Below, one piece after another: positions 11,304 through 20,851 of a DNA stretch of 64,000 bases. The stretch's first letter is position 1; every line of letters begins with the position of its first letter. The stretch is from the NCBI GenBank assembly GCA_965218095.1, contig OZ244587.1, forward strand, positions 5,600,001-5,664,000, given 5' to 3'. Source of the stretch: Candidatus Poribacteria bacterium (GTDB taxonomy: Bacteria; Poribacteria; WGA-4E; PCPOR2b). Made by a program: the position numbers and the translations under genes. Under the pieces are notes generated by a model that worked only from the letters and a program-made list of their open reading frames with translations, ran no database searches and was not told the origin of the DNA.

Positions 11304-11522
11304 AGCATATATCCTCCTATCTTCGTAAAGGCAGGCGAAAAACTGCTCTGCCTTTGTTTATCTGCCCCGCAAATTCTCGGAGCCATATCATCAATGCCTT
11401 CTGGCTTCGTGAATTTTTGGATACGAGAACGCTCATCGCCAGAGTAAATCTCCGGGCAATCCGTAATGAACAAACATTTTATTTATTATAATCCTTGAAC
11501 AGATTAAAGTCAATATATAATA

Positions 11523-11677
11523 ACCTAAGTTGCTACTTACATCATAGAGAAACCGAGTTTTTCACGCTTGGATTGTCTGATTTTGGGAAAATCGGTTGGA
11601 TTTTTCCTTAAATCGCGTGCCTTGTCTGTAAAAAACTCGGTTTTTGTCGCTTGGCTTATTCAGGTGGCAACCTGCGT
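11523..11677. mobile_element. MITE with ACC(C/T)AAGTTGC-type TIRs
   Basis: Ends ACCTAAGTTGC and GCAACCTGCGT, flanked by 7-bp direct repeat TATAATA (11516-11522, 11678-11684). Contains an internal GAAACCGAGTTTTT/AAAAACTCGGTTT inverted repeat. Confidence 0.75.
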
Positions 11678-11702
11678 TATAATAACCCAAGTTGCATACT
11701 TT

Positions 11703-11880
11703 TAGGACTTACGCAGTTGAACACTCGAAGCCCCCGATGCGGAGATCGGGATTCAAAGCAACCTGACGCCCGATGAATCGGGCAACTACAGCAGGGGATC
11801 CATTAAGGAGCCCGTAGGGAACAACGATCGGCCTGTCCCGATCTTATCGGGGTGTTCCCTACTGAAGTGCGTAAGTCCTA
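11703..11880. mobile_element. MITE with TAGGACTTACGCA TIRs nested in a second ACCCAAGTTGC element
   Basis: TAGGACTTACGCA...TGCGTAAGTCCTA with ACTTT on both flanks; internal GTAGGG...CCCTAC and CCCGAT-n-ATCGGG palindromes. Confidence 0.75.
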
Positions 11881-12108
11881 ACTTTTCATACTTTTCCGAG
11901 GAAACGGAAGAATTTGATAGAGACAAAAGAGGGTGAGAACTCACGCTAGGACTCATTTCTGGGCGGTTTGCACAGGAAGGTCCCTCGGAAAAGTACTCAG
12001 AAACCCATGTTGCCACCTAAAGAATTGGAAAGACTGGAAAATTGGAAGAGTTTATCTCTTCCAATTTTCCAGTCTTTTTCCTTCCACACCTTGCTCAAAA
12101 TGTAAAGT

Positions 12109-12300
12109 TTATTCTTGAAACTTGCTTACCGATGTGCGGGGGATGTTGTGTTTCGAGTATGATTTGCCTGCGGGCATGGGTAAATTCAGCCTCGAATAAT
12201 CTTGGGTTTGGGCAACGGAAACCGGTGGGAGCAGCAGGCTTGCCTCGAAGGAGAGGGAGAGCAATACGAGAAGCGTGAAACGAAGTGCTTGGGTTTTCAT
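12109..12300 (-). pseudogene. N-terminal remnant of a secreted protein (signal peptide plus AQTQDYSRLNLP)
   Basis: Good RBS and signal peptide, then an abrupt break. Resembles N-termini of secreted WD40 proteins (inference). Confidence 0.45.
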
Positions 12301-12339
12301 TGGTTTAGGCTCCTCACTAGCTTGATAACAAATGTGTCA

Positions 12340-12371
12340 GAAACCGAGTTTTTTAGAAAAACTCGGTTTCT
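12340..12371. repeat. Dispersed palindromic repeat GAAACCGAGTTTTT-n-AAAAACTCGGTTTC
   Basis: Further copies near 11550-11644, 13697 (half), 13870-13900, 15252-15282, 34909-34941, 39936-39998 and 50737-50829. All are intergenic, with variable loop length. Confidence 0.85.
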
Positions 12372-12421
12372 CGATTCGACTGTGCACCGGCTGTCGAAGT
12401 GCTTGGGTTTCCAAACTGGAA

Positions 12422-13648
12422 TCACTTCTCCTTCACCGGCGTTTCGGTAGGTAGATTGTCCCTTTCGATGATAGCCATTCGGGTAAGCCGCCATTCGACA
12501 CTTTCAGTGCCAACGTCAGACCACTCCCCATTCAGTGAATTCCCCATGAAGACATAGTCTTCCTCGCCCATGTCGGTGTCCGTGGGTTCATGGGGCGCCC
12601 AGTTGGTGTAGGTGACCGGCTCGCCGTTCGTCCATTGCCATTTGCCCTCCTTGGCAAAGTCGGTCAGCCCGATCCAATAGGGACGAGATCCAAAGATTTC
12701 CGCGAGCCACTTCTGCTCCGCTACATCGTTAATCGCGACCAGATGTGCCTCTTCGGCAACCGCTTGGATGTTCGCATCGTCCCAACTCTTGCAACGGATG
12801 CTTTTGTAAGCGTGTCCATTTCCCGGATTCACCACCCACACTCCCGCGCCCGGCAACGACGAGGTTGACGCTTCCGCGGACGCTTCCACCCGACCAGGGG
12901 TCACATCAGTGGGAATCGACTCGCCCTCTAATGTGAAGACCAGATCATCTTTTCGTTCTCCAACCTGAAGCAGGAACGGCTCCGCCGTTGCCGAAAGCCC
13001 TTGAAATTCCAACCAAACCGTGTAGAACCCAGGCTGCTCCATATATTTCACAAAGTAACCTACATCGTCCGTCATGGCGGATGAACTTGAGCTACCGCTA
13101 CCCATCCCATCGGGATAACGAAAGCGGGCTTTGACCCCAATCTTCGCGTTGGCAAGCGGTGTCCCGTCGGCGAAAACGATTCGACCCTGAATGCGCATCC
13201 GAGGCTTCACTTTGACTTCAACGTTCTCAATGTGTATCCCCGGCTTGATGGAAAACGTGATTCCACCAAAAGGTGGCGGTGGCAGTTCGTGCTTATAGAC
13301 GGTCACCGCCCCGATTTTGATAGATAGAATCTCATGGTCAGGCGTATAGTGAGGCAGTGCCACCAATTGGACTGAAACCGGCATGATGTTGGTGATGGAG
13401 AAACGCCCCGCGTCGCCGGTCTGTGATTCCAAAAAAGGGATGTATCCTCGTTGTTCTACACCATCAACAACTTCAAATGGCTGAACAGCTAACGCGAACC
13501 CCGCAACCGGGTTCCCCTCGACATCAACAACGCGACCGGATAAAGTGCTCGTGGCGTCCTCTGCGATGCCGGGTAACGATGAGATCAGTAAAAGTGCGAC
13601 AATCGTGGCGAGAAGTGTGAAATTTTGTCTGAAATATGAACGGTTCAT
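12422..13648 (-). CDS. Secreted carboxypeptidase-regulatory-like plus C-type lectin domain protein (paralog 1)
   Basis: Signal peptide; C-terminal NGHAY..SWDDA...HLVAIND..EQ.WL...YWIGLTD..KEG.W.W.NGEP.TYTNW. Confidence 0.9.
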   Translation of the reverse strand: MNRSYFRQNFTLLATIVALLLISSLPGIAEDATSTLSGRVVDVEGNPVAGFALAVQPFEVVDGVEQRGYIPFLESQTGDAGRFSITNIMPVSVQLVALPHYTPDHEILSIKIGAVTVYKHELPPPPFGGITFSIKPGIHIENVEVKVKPRMRIQGRIVFADGTPLANAKIGVKARFRYPDGMGSGSSSSSAMTDDVGYFVKYMEQPGFYTVWLEFQGLSATAEPFLLQVGERKDDLVFTLEGESIPTDVTPGRVEASAEASTSSLPGAGVWVVNPGNGHAYKSIRCKSWDDANIQAVAEEAHLVAINDVAEQKWLAEIFGSRPYWIGLTDFAKEGKWQWTNGEPVTYTNWAPHEPTDTDMGEEDYVFMGNSLNGEWSDVGTESVEWRLTRMAIIERDNLPTETPVKEK

Positions 13649-13923
13649 GGTAAATATCTCCTTTTGGGTGGGTTGGTTGTGAAAGATGACGTCAAAGAAC
13701 CGAGTTTCTTCATGAAATTTGAAGAATTAATCGGGTAGCGATCTTGTAGGTCGAGTTTCCAAACTCGACAGTCGCCGTGTCGAGATGTGAATCTTGACCG
13801 ACAGGTGACGCCATTATTTTATCAAAATTCATCGAAAAACTGAGTACACGTCGGCAGAAATAATGATAAGAAACCGAGTTTTTGGCAAAAACTCGGTTTC
13901 TCTGGAATCGGTCAAAACTTGGG

Positions 13924-15207
13924 TTACTTCTCCTCCACCGGCAGCTTGGCAGGCAAACCACCCTTTTCGAGGATGGCCATTCGGGTCATCCGCCATTCTG
14001 GACTTTCGGGGCCAACCTTATGCCATTTCCCGTCCGGTGAAAGCCCCATGAAGACATAATCCTCATCGCCCCTGTCGGCGTCCATCAATTTATGGAGTGC
14101 CCAGTTGGTGTAGGTGGCCGGCTCACCGCTTGTCCATTGCCATTCGCCCTCCTTTGCCACATCGGTCAGCCCAATCCAATAAGGAGCAGTGCCAAAGATT
14201 TCCACGAGCCACTGTTGTTCCGCCTCATCGTTAATCGAGACCAGATATGCATCTTCGGCGACCGCTTTCGCTTTCGCATCGTCCCAACTCTCGCAATGGA
14301 TGCTCTTGTAACTGTGACCATTTGCGGGGTTTACCACCCACGTTCCCGCATCGTCCGGGTCCACCTGACCGGGAGCTGGCTCGATGGGAATCGGCTCACT
14401 GTCGAACGTTAAGACCAGACCATCGCGTCGTTGCCCAGCTTCGAGGATAAACTGCTCCGAGGTTGCCGAAAGCCCTTGAAATTCCAACCAAACCGTGTAG
14501 AACCCGGGCTCATCCACATATTCCACAAAGTAACCCGCATCGTCCGTCTGAGGTGTGCTGCCTGAACTACCGGTGCCTGTCCCATCGAAATAACGTTGTC
14601 GGACATTGAGCCGAACCTGCGCGTTTGCAAGGGGTGTCCCGTCGGCAAAAACGATTTGACCTCGAATGCGCATCCGGGGCCGTACTGTGACCTCAACATT
14701 TTCGAGGTGTACGCCCGGCTCAATGGCAAATGTGATTCCACCGAAAGGTGGCTGTTCTTGGTGATACGGCGGATAGAAGGTAATCGCTCCGATTTCGATG
14801 GATAGCACCTCAGTGTCCGAGGCAAAAAGGTCGTCCGGGGCAAAGTCAGGTGGTAGCATCCCATCATCTGGCACATGGGCAGGTTGTGCCACAAATTGAA
14901 TCGGCCCGGGCTTGATATCCGTGACAGAAAACCGCCCCGCTTCATCGGTTTGCGATTTGAGCAGAGGGGCATATGCTTCTGGCATGAACTCCTTGAGTAG
15001 GAACGCTGGCTCCATCTCGCCATCGACGACTACAAATGGCTGAATCGCTATCGGGAGTTCGGCAATCGGATTTCCATCAATATCAACAACACGGCCGGAC
15101 AAAGTCGATGTGGCGTCCTGAGCGCTGCCGAGTGACGATGAGATCAGTAAAAGGGCGACAATCACCGCGAGAAGTGTCAGATTGGGTCTGAAATATGAAC
15201 GGTTCAT
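13924..15207 (-). CDS. Secreted C-type lectin domain protein (paralog 2)
   Basis: Same architecture and clear similarity to its neighbours. Confidence 0.9.
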   Translation of the reverse strand: MNRSYFRPNLTLLAVIVALLLISSSLGSAQDATSTLSGRVVDIDGNPIAELPIAIQPFVVVDGEMEPAFLLKEFMPEAYAPLLKSQTDEAGRFSVTDIKPGPIQFVAQPAHVPDDGMLPPDFAPDDLFASDTEVLSIEIGAITFYPPYHQEQPPFGGITFAIEPGVHLENVEVTVRPRMRIRGQIVFADGTPLANAQVRLNVRQRYFDGTGTGSSGSTPQTDDAGYFVEYVDEPGFYTVWLEFQGLSATSEQFILEAGQRRDGLVLTFDSEPIPIEPAPGQVDPDDAGTWVVNPANGHSYKSIHCESWDDAKAKAVAEDAYLVSINDEAEQQWLVEIFGTAPYWIGLTDVAKEGEWQWTSGEPATYTNWALHKLMDADRGDEDYVFMGLSPDGKWHKVGPESPEWRMTRMAILEKGGLPAKLPVEEK

Positions 15208-15305
15208 GGTAAATATCTCCTTTGAGGTTGATTGTGAAAGATGACGTCAAAGAAACCGAGTTTTTGGCAAAAACTCGGTTTCTCTGGAATCGGTCAAAAC
15301 TTGGG

Positions 15306-16571
15306 TTACTTATCCTCCAACGGTAGCTTGGCGGGCAAACTGTCCCTTTCAAGGATAGCCATTCGGGTAACCCGCCATTTTGGACTTCCGGGACCAACGC
15401 TGTGCCACTGCGCTTCCAGCGAAAGCCCCATGAAGACATAATCCTCATCGCCCCTGTCGGCGTCCATCGGTTTATGGGATATCCAGTTGGTGTAGTTGAC
15501 CGGCTCGCCGCTCGTCCATTCCCATTCGCCCTCCTTTGCAAAGTCGGTCAGCCCGATCCAATAGGGATGGGGGCCAAAGATTTCCGCGAGCCACTTCTGC
15601 TCCGCCGCATCGTTAATCGAGACCAGATGTGCATCTTCCGCGACCGCTTTCGTTTGGGCATCGTCCCAACTCTTGCAACGGACGCTTCTGTAAGCGTGAT
15701 CATTGGCGGGATTCACTACCCACGTTCTCGTACCGTCCGGCTCCACCTGACCGGGAACTGGCTCAATGGGAATCGGCTCGCTGTCGAACGTTAAGACCAG
15801 ATCCTCCCGTCGTTGTCCAGTTTCGAGGATAAACTCCTCCGACGTTGTCGAGAGCCCTTGAAATTCGACCGCAACCGTGTAGAACCCAGGCTTATCCACA
15901 TATTCCACAAAGTAACCGGCATGGTCCGTCTTGGCACCCCCACTTGAGGTCCCGATGCCCCCCCCATTGACATCCTGTCGTAGTACATCAACCTGAACCT
16001 GCGCGTTGGCAAGGGGCGTCCCGTCGGCAAAAACGATTTGACCCCGAATACGCATCCGAGGTTTTACCGTGACCACAACGTTTTCGATCTGCGCGCCCGC
16101 ATCGATTGCAAACGGGATGCCATGAAAACCAGCCGGCACAGTCGGATAGAAGGTCATCTTCCCGATTTTCAGTGATAGAATCTCACTGTCCGGTTCAAAG
16201 TTCGGATTCCCTCGCATTTGAATTTGAGGGGCTACCATGACCTGAATCGGACCAGAAACGATGTTGGTGATGGAGAAATGTCCCGCTTCATCCGTTTCGG
16301 TCTGTGGTTGGCTCCAAAGATTGATGCGTCGTTTGGCGTCTGAAATGTTACGTAGTCGCCCTAATACCTCTTTCATGGCATCACCATGGATGATTATCGC
16401 TGACCTGAGGGCTATCGGGATGCCGGAAACCGGATTCCCATCCACATCAACAACGCGACCGGATAAAGTCGATGTGGCGTCCTGAGCGGTGCCGGGTGGC
16501 GATGCGATTAGTAAAAGTGCGACAATCCCGGTGAGAAGTGTCAGATTGGGTCTGAAGTGTGAACGGTTCAT
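15306..16571 (-). CDS. Secreted C-type lectin domain protein (paralog 3)
   Basis: Same architecture and clear similarity to its neighbours. Confidence 0.9.
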   Translation of the reverse strand: MNRSHFRPNLTLLTGIVALLLIASPPGTAQDATSTLSGRVVDVDGNPVSGIPIALRSAIIIHGDAMKEVLGRLRNISDAKRRINLWSQPQTETDEAGHFSITNIVSGPIQVMVAPQIQMRGNPNFEPDSEILSLKIGKMTFYPTVPAGFHGIPFAIDAGAQIENVVVTVKPRMRIRGQIVFADGTPLANAQVQVDVLRQDVNGGGIGTSSGGAKTDHAGYFVEYVDKPGFYTVAVEFQGLSTTSEEFILETGQRREDLVLTFDSEPIPIEPVPGQVEPDGTRTWVVNPANDHAYRSVRCKSWDDAQTKAVAEDAHLVSINDAAEQKWLAEIFGPHPYWIGLTDFAKEGEWEWTSGEPVNYTNWISHKPMDADRGDEDYVFMGLSLEAQWHSVGPGSPKWRVTRMAILERDSLPAKLPLEDK

Positions 16572-16934
16572 GGTGAGTATCTTCTTTTAATCGGTTCGTT
16601 GTGAAAGATTGAAGAATAGGAATTACGCAAGGGGCATCAAGGCGTTTCTATTATACTATAGTTCCGCCTTCGCCTGCGGGGAGAATAAAGGGGGGAGAAA
16701 GAACGGGGAAAGAATGGTTCGTAAAACGTAAGACGCTTGCCCTGGAGGAGTGAACAGCGGACCTGCACCAACGTTGCCAACTGGATCAGAACGTTAATCA
16801 CAATGGAGACCTGAGATAAACCTCTGCATCGCCAACACCTTCATCAACCGCCTCGCCAAGCTGACGGGTAATGAGCAGAAGACAATGTGGGTCCGCTCGA
16901 AAGGTGCGCTCAACGGCTTTCTACTCGCCATAGG

Positions 16935-17717
16935 CTATTCTTCCTTGGCTCGATCTTCCATCAGGCCCACCTCCACTAGACAGCGGTCCATCTCTTTGAG
17001 CAGTTCCTTGTACTGGGCGCTGCGAAAATAGGCCCTGGCCGGGTCCATCTGGCGCAGGCCCGTTCTGTCCAAGTAGCGCATCGATCCTGTATACACCCCA
17101 TCCGCGGCGTCTTTGAGCAATTGGGCGAAACGGGCTGGTCTACAGTAGAGCAAAGGCGTCAATGACGCCATTACCTGAATGCCCGCGGCCCTGAGGCGCC
17201 GCATGGTTTTGAGGCGCACTTCAATGCGCGGGGCGTGCGGTTCGAGTTTCCGCCGCACCCGATCGTCGTCGGTAGGCACGGAAAAGCCCACACGCAGTCG
17301 CCTTCCAAAGGCTTGCAACAGCTCAAGGTCATCCAGAATCAGGTGACTACGCGTGTGCACCACGACACTTTTGGGGTTGCTCTCCAGCAATATCTTCAAA
17401 CAGCGCTGGGTGAGCCGGTACTGCCGTTCGACGTATTGGTACGGATCGGTGGCCGAACCCACGAAAATCCGCCGACCCCAAATTTTGGCGCGCGCCTTGC
17501 CCAGTAGAAAGGGGGCATTGGTCTTGGGCTGGACCCAACTGCCCCAGGGCAAAGGATGCTCGCGGGCATGGGGGAACTTCATAACATAGCAATAGGCACA
17601 GCCTATGCTGCAACCGCTGTACGGATTGAGGGTATACTCGGTAACAGGGGGGCCGTCTTGGGGTACTAAGACCGAACGCACTGCGGTTTCTTCTATATTT
17701 AAGTGAGCATGTGCCAT
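16935..17717 (-). CDS. Radical SAM protein, spore photoproduct lyase (SplB)-like DNA repair family
   Basis: LNPYSGCSIGCAYCY (CxxxCxxC), SATDPYQ..E and LEP.AP motifs. Confidence 0.9.
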   Translation of the reverse strand: MAHAHLNIEETAVRSVLVPQDGPPVTEYTLNPYSGCSIGCAYCYVMKFPHAREHPLPWGSWVQPKTNAPFLLGKARAKIWGRRIFVGSATDPYQYVERQYRLTQRCLKILLESNPKSVVVHTRSHLILDDLELLQAFGRRLRVGFSVPTDDDRVRRKLEPHAPRIEVRLKTMRRLRAAGIQVMASLTPLLYCRPARFAQLLKDAADGVYTGSMRYLDRTGLRQMDPARAYFRSAQYKELLKEMDRCLVEVGLMEDRAKEE

Positions 17718-17723
17718 GCCCCA

Positions 17724-17752
17724 AATATACTATACAAATGTATGGTTGTCAA
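17724..17752 (-). promoter_or_regulatory. Sigma70-like promoter with palindromic operator in the spacer
   Basis: Minus strand reads TTGACA-17 nt-TATATT; the spacer contains ATAC-N4-GTAT (17732-17743). Confidence 0.65.
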
Positions 17753-17947
17753 GTCCAAAAAGTCCTGTCACCTCCACCACCACTCCCCTTTCTTGACTCC
17801 CTCTCCCTCCCGCGAAAACGGGCAAGACGGAGCAGTCCCTGCGGCATCTCGAACTCAATGTGCTCAGCGTTACCGAACAGCACCACCGCTGCGCGTTACA
17901 AGACCCTATCTCTCAACGGAGCACAGGATGTGCTCTGCCATGAGTTG

Positions 17948-18260
17948 TTAACTGTAGAATCCGGGCGTGGGGAGAAGTTCGTTCAGCATCCAGTTGCCGA
18001 TGTCGCGGATCTTGTAGTCAACCGGGTCGTGCAGCGTGAACGTGCGCGCATCGCGCCAGAAGCGGTCGTTGCGCAGGGAACCCAGGGTGGCCCGGCTGCC
18101 CATGACGTCGAAGATTCGCGAGGAAATGTCCAAGCAGGCCTTCGTCGCCGCGACCTTGGCCGCTGCAATGGCAACAGCGCACGTTCCCCGCTGATGTTCG
18201 GTGAGCTCTGTGCCGGCATCCCATGCGTCCTGAAGGATGTCATTCGCCCGGTTATTGACT
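17948..18260 (-). pseudogene. C-terminal fragment of an SfnB/DszC-like acyl-CoA dehydrogenase family monooxygenase
   Basis: IAAAKV...IFDVMGSRAT...DRFWRDARTFTLHDPVDYK; the N-terminal part is absent. Confidence 0.8.
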
Positions 18261-18288
18261 AGCATGGAGATAAGGTAATAAACCGGCC

Positions 18289-18489
18289 AAAACGGTCGCC
18301 GTTGGAGCATCACAAGTGGTATTGACGCCCCAACAGTTGGAGGCGGTCTACGATTTACCCGTTGAGGTGCTACAGAGTTCGAGGCGGGCGGCCGTGGGTC
18401 GCGCTTTTTTTACGCATTCCCGATTGATGGAGCGGTCAATCAAAAAGCCCAAACGTTCATCTAGCTGATTGGCAAAAAGGGTTTGCCTT
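18289..18489 (+). repeat. Relic of the hmuV 3' end plus downstream DNA; inverted copy of 28399-28598
   Basis: CAGTTGGAGGCGGTCTACGATTTACCCGTTGAGGTG...GATTGATGGAGCGGTCAATCAAAAAGCCCAAA matches the reverse complement of 28399-28598. Confidence 0.85.
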
Positions 18490-18567
18490 ATTTTGGCAAA
18501 TAAAATATAATATGGCCTTATGCTAGGGACAGGTTGAGATCTGTTCCTAGGTACTTATCAAAATCTG

Positions 18568-19131
18568 TTGTTGAAAGATTATTTCTGGGCTACACAAAAG
18601 TCCCTATCACGGCTTCAGCGTCGTGTTGTCGAAGACGGTGCAGTGTTCCCCGATCCAAACGATGCCTTTCTTCGCGAGCCGTATTTCGCTTCGTTCAGAG
18701 CAGGCAAGTTTGACTTCACAGCGATTGCCGTGCACGTGATTTGGGGAAATTCGGTCGAGCGACGTCGGCGTGAGGTGCAGGAACTCGCGAGTATGTATCA
18801 GGCGGTGCAAGCCGCGAACAACGAAGAACAGGGCGTGATATTGTTAGGGGATTTCAATCGCAACCCTGATGATCAATCGGCGTATCGTCCACTGCTGTCA
18901 ATCCCATCAATGGGGCACCTGTTCCAACTCCCACAGAAGTCCTATATCAAAGACACCAGCCTATACGACAACATCTTTTTCCAAACACACCATGTGGCTG
19001 AATACACTGGAGACAGCAGGATTGATCGATTCGACGAGACCGATTTTGGGAACGACGACGCCGCAGCTTCACTTGCAGCGAGCGATCATCGTCCGGTGTG
19101 GGGAACGTTTCACACAACCAACGACGACTGA
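18568..19131 (+). pseudogene. Endonuclease/exonuclease/phosphatase (DNase I-like) protein, probably N-terminally truncated
   Basis: F.REP, ILLGDFN, YDNI and SDHRPV motifs are present; the N-terminal WN motif is missing. Confidence 0.75.
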
Positions 19132-19164
19132 TTTGATTTTCGAGTCTCCATTCGATACAATCTA

Positions 19165-19295
19165 AGAGCCTGTTTGAAAAGCAGGTGGCAAAGCCATTTT
19201 CGGGTCATTTGAGGGTCAAAATCATCGGATTTTCAAGGTGTTTACCCCAAAATGGCCTCTCTCGAAGACGGATTTGGAATATTCAAACAGACTCT
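19165..19295. mobile_element. ~130-bp MITE with AGAG(C/T)CTGTTTGAA TIRs
   Basis: AGAGCCTGTTTGAA (19165-19178) and TTCAAACAGACTCT (19282-19295) with TA flanks; directly abuts an AGGTGGCAACTTGGGTT MITE end. Confidence 0.7.
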
Positions 19296-19651
19296 TAAGG
19301 TGGCAACTTGGGTTTTCGTGGAGAAAGATTGGCGTAGGTTCTCAATATTCAATGCGGTGGAGTCAGGACGGGCGGGCGGAAACAAAGAAGATTCTTCGGC
19401 AAGTCCTAAAATATCAAGTGAAAATCGGGGACAAACGCACTCTTGAACGACTCAGTTTGGGGGCGGTCCCGAAGTTAGGCAGGGCGCAGTACGATGTTAG
19501 ATACAGGTCGCAAGGGCACATGGGGATGCCTACACCGGGTTCATCGAGTGCATTAAGCAGGCGTTGGGTTCAGCGTGTCCCCAAAAGCCTTCACACACCG
19601 CTAGCTCAGCCTGAAAACGGGGCTGAATTGTAAGAGGAAGGCGCTTCTACC

Positions 19652-20386
19652 ATGACCGACGAAGAAAAATTTGCCGTCGATCTCCAGGGCTATCTGGTGA
19701 TAAAGGACGTTTTGACCGACGATGAAGTGGCTGAGATGAACGCCATCATCAATGGAGGAAACCTTGAGGGGCCACCGAGTCTTTGGGAAGAGCCGTTTAA
19801 GCGACTCATCGACCACTCCAAAATTCTCCCGTATCTGATCAATCTTCTAGGCCCGAATGTCCGTCTCGGCCACGATTACGCCATTTTTATGAACGAGGGC
19901 GAAGGGCACGGTGGATTGCATGGCGGCGAGGATGGCGGTCACCCCGGCGGTCCCGAAGGCGACCATTGGTACAAATATCGAGACGGTGTGATGCGGAACG
20001 GGTTGTGCGTGATGACATACAACTTAGCGGATGCGCCCGAAGGGGCAGGTGGGTTCGCCTGCATTCCGGGGAGCCACAAGAGCAACTTCCTGACGAACAT
20101 TCCGCCAGAGGTTCGACGATTCGAGCGTCCGGCACACTATGCCGTCCAACCCGCCCTCGAAGCGGGGGATGTCCTGTTCTTCACCGAAGCGGTCGTTCAC
20201 GGGACGATGCCGTGGCAGGCGAAACATCAACGCCGTTCGTTGCTCTACAAATATAGTCCCGGACACTCAGCGTGGTCAGGAAGCTATTATGACATCAGCA
20301 GATACGGTGAGTTGACCGAACAACAGAAACGGATGCTCTTGCCACCGTCAATTGGTAGTCGTCCGCGCGTCGTGCAAGAAAATTGA
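19652..20386 (+). CDS. Phytanoyl-CoA dioxygenase (PhyH)-family protein
   Basis: LQGYLVI.DVL, GGF.CIPGSHK and AGDVLFFTEA..HGT motifs. Confidence 0.9.
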   Translation: MTDEEKFAVDLQGYLVIKDVLTDDEVAEMNAIINGGNLEGPPSLWEEPFKRLIDHSKILPYLINLLGPNVRLGHDYAIFMNEGEGHGGLHGGEDGGHPGGPEGDHWYKYRDGVMRNGLCVMTYNLADAPEGAGGFACIPGSHKSNFLTNIPPEVRRFERPAHYAVQPALEAGDVLFFTEAVVHGTMPWQAKHQRRSLLYKYSPGHSAWSGSYYDISRYGELTEQQKRMLLPPSIGSRPRVVQEN

Positions 20387-20511
20387 GAATAGCTCGAAAA
20401 TCCGAATCGTGACAAATTATTTGGGGGCTCATAATTCGAGGTGCGTCATCGCTCGATTCGACACAATTGGGCACCACGCTGAGATAAATTGAGGGGAGTT
20501 TCGGTCATTGA

Positions 20512-20681
20512 TAGGGGCGAGGTTCCCTCGCCCAACGGGTTGGGAAACCCAACCCCTACCCATTGAGGGTGGCTATTCTGTAGCAGAGGCAGCCCCACCT
20601 CGATTTTCGGAGATTACCGCGTCCAGGAGGCCGCTCCCACAAAAGTGCGCGTCTTCCCCCCGCTTGCGGGGGATACAGGGG
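20512..20681. repeat. Cluster of REP-like palindromes
   Basis: TAGGGGCGAGG..CCTCGCCC, GGGTTGGG..CCCAACCCCTAC, GTAG...CTCCCAC and CCCCCGCTTGCGGGGG. Related units lie at 21452-21521, 34953-34976 and 39004-39087. Confidence 0.7.
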
Positions 20682-20851
20682 GGTGGGGAAATCCGACGTT
20701 GGCTTCCGCCAGAGATCCCGTTTCTCAATCTCGTTCTTGTCGAGTTGATCTGCCAGCCAGCAAAACCCATTTGAGAGCTTTATCTCTGCTCTTATTTTGA
20801 TAGAAACCGATTCAATTTCTCAACAGGAGGGTCTGCGGACATGTCAAAAAA

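Noticed and set aside
12340-15300. Regularly recurring palindromic repeat as a possible CRISPR array
   Set aside because: The copies are separated by whole genes (1.3-1.5 kb) rather than 30-40 bp spacers, and no cas genes are present.
12422-16571. Diversity-generating retroelement targeting the C-type lectin genes
   Set aside because: There is no reverse transcriptase and no separate template repeat in the window, and differences between paralogs are not visibly adenine-specific.
19238-19633. 131-aa ORF, and GGGGCTGA at 19619 as a tmRNA 5' end
   Set aside because: The ORF crosses MITE ends and has no motifs. There is no tRNA-like 3' domain or CCA end to support tmRNA.
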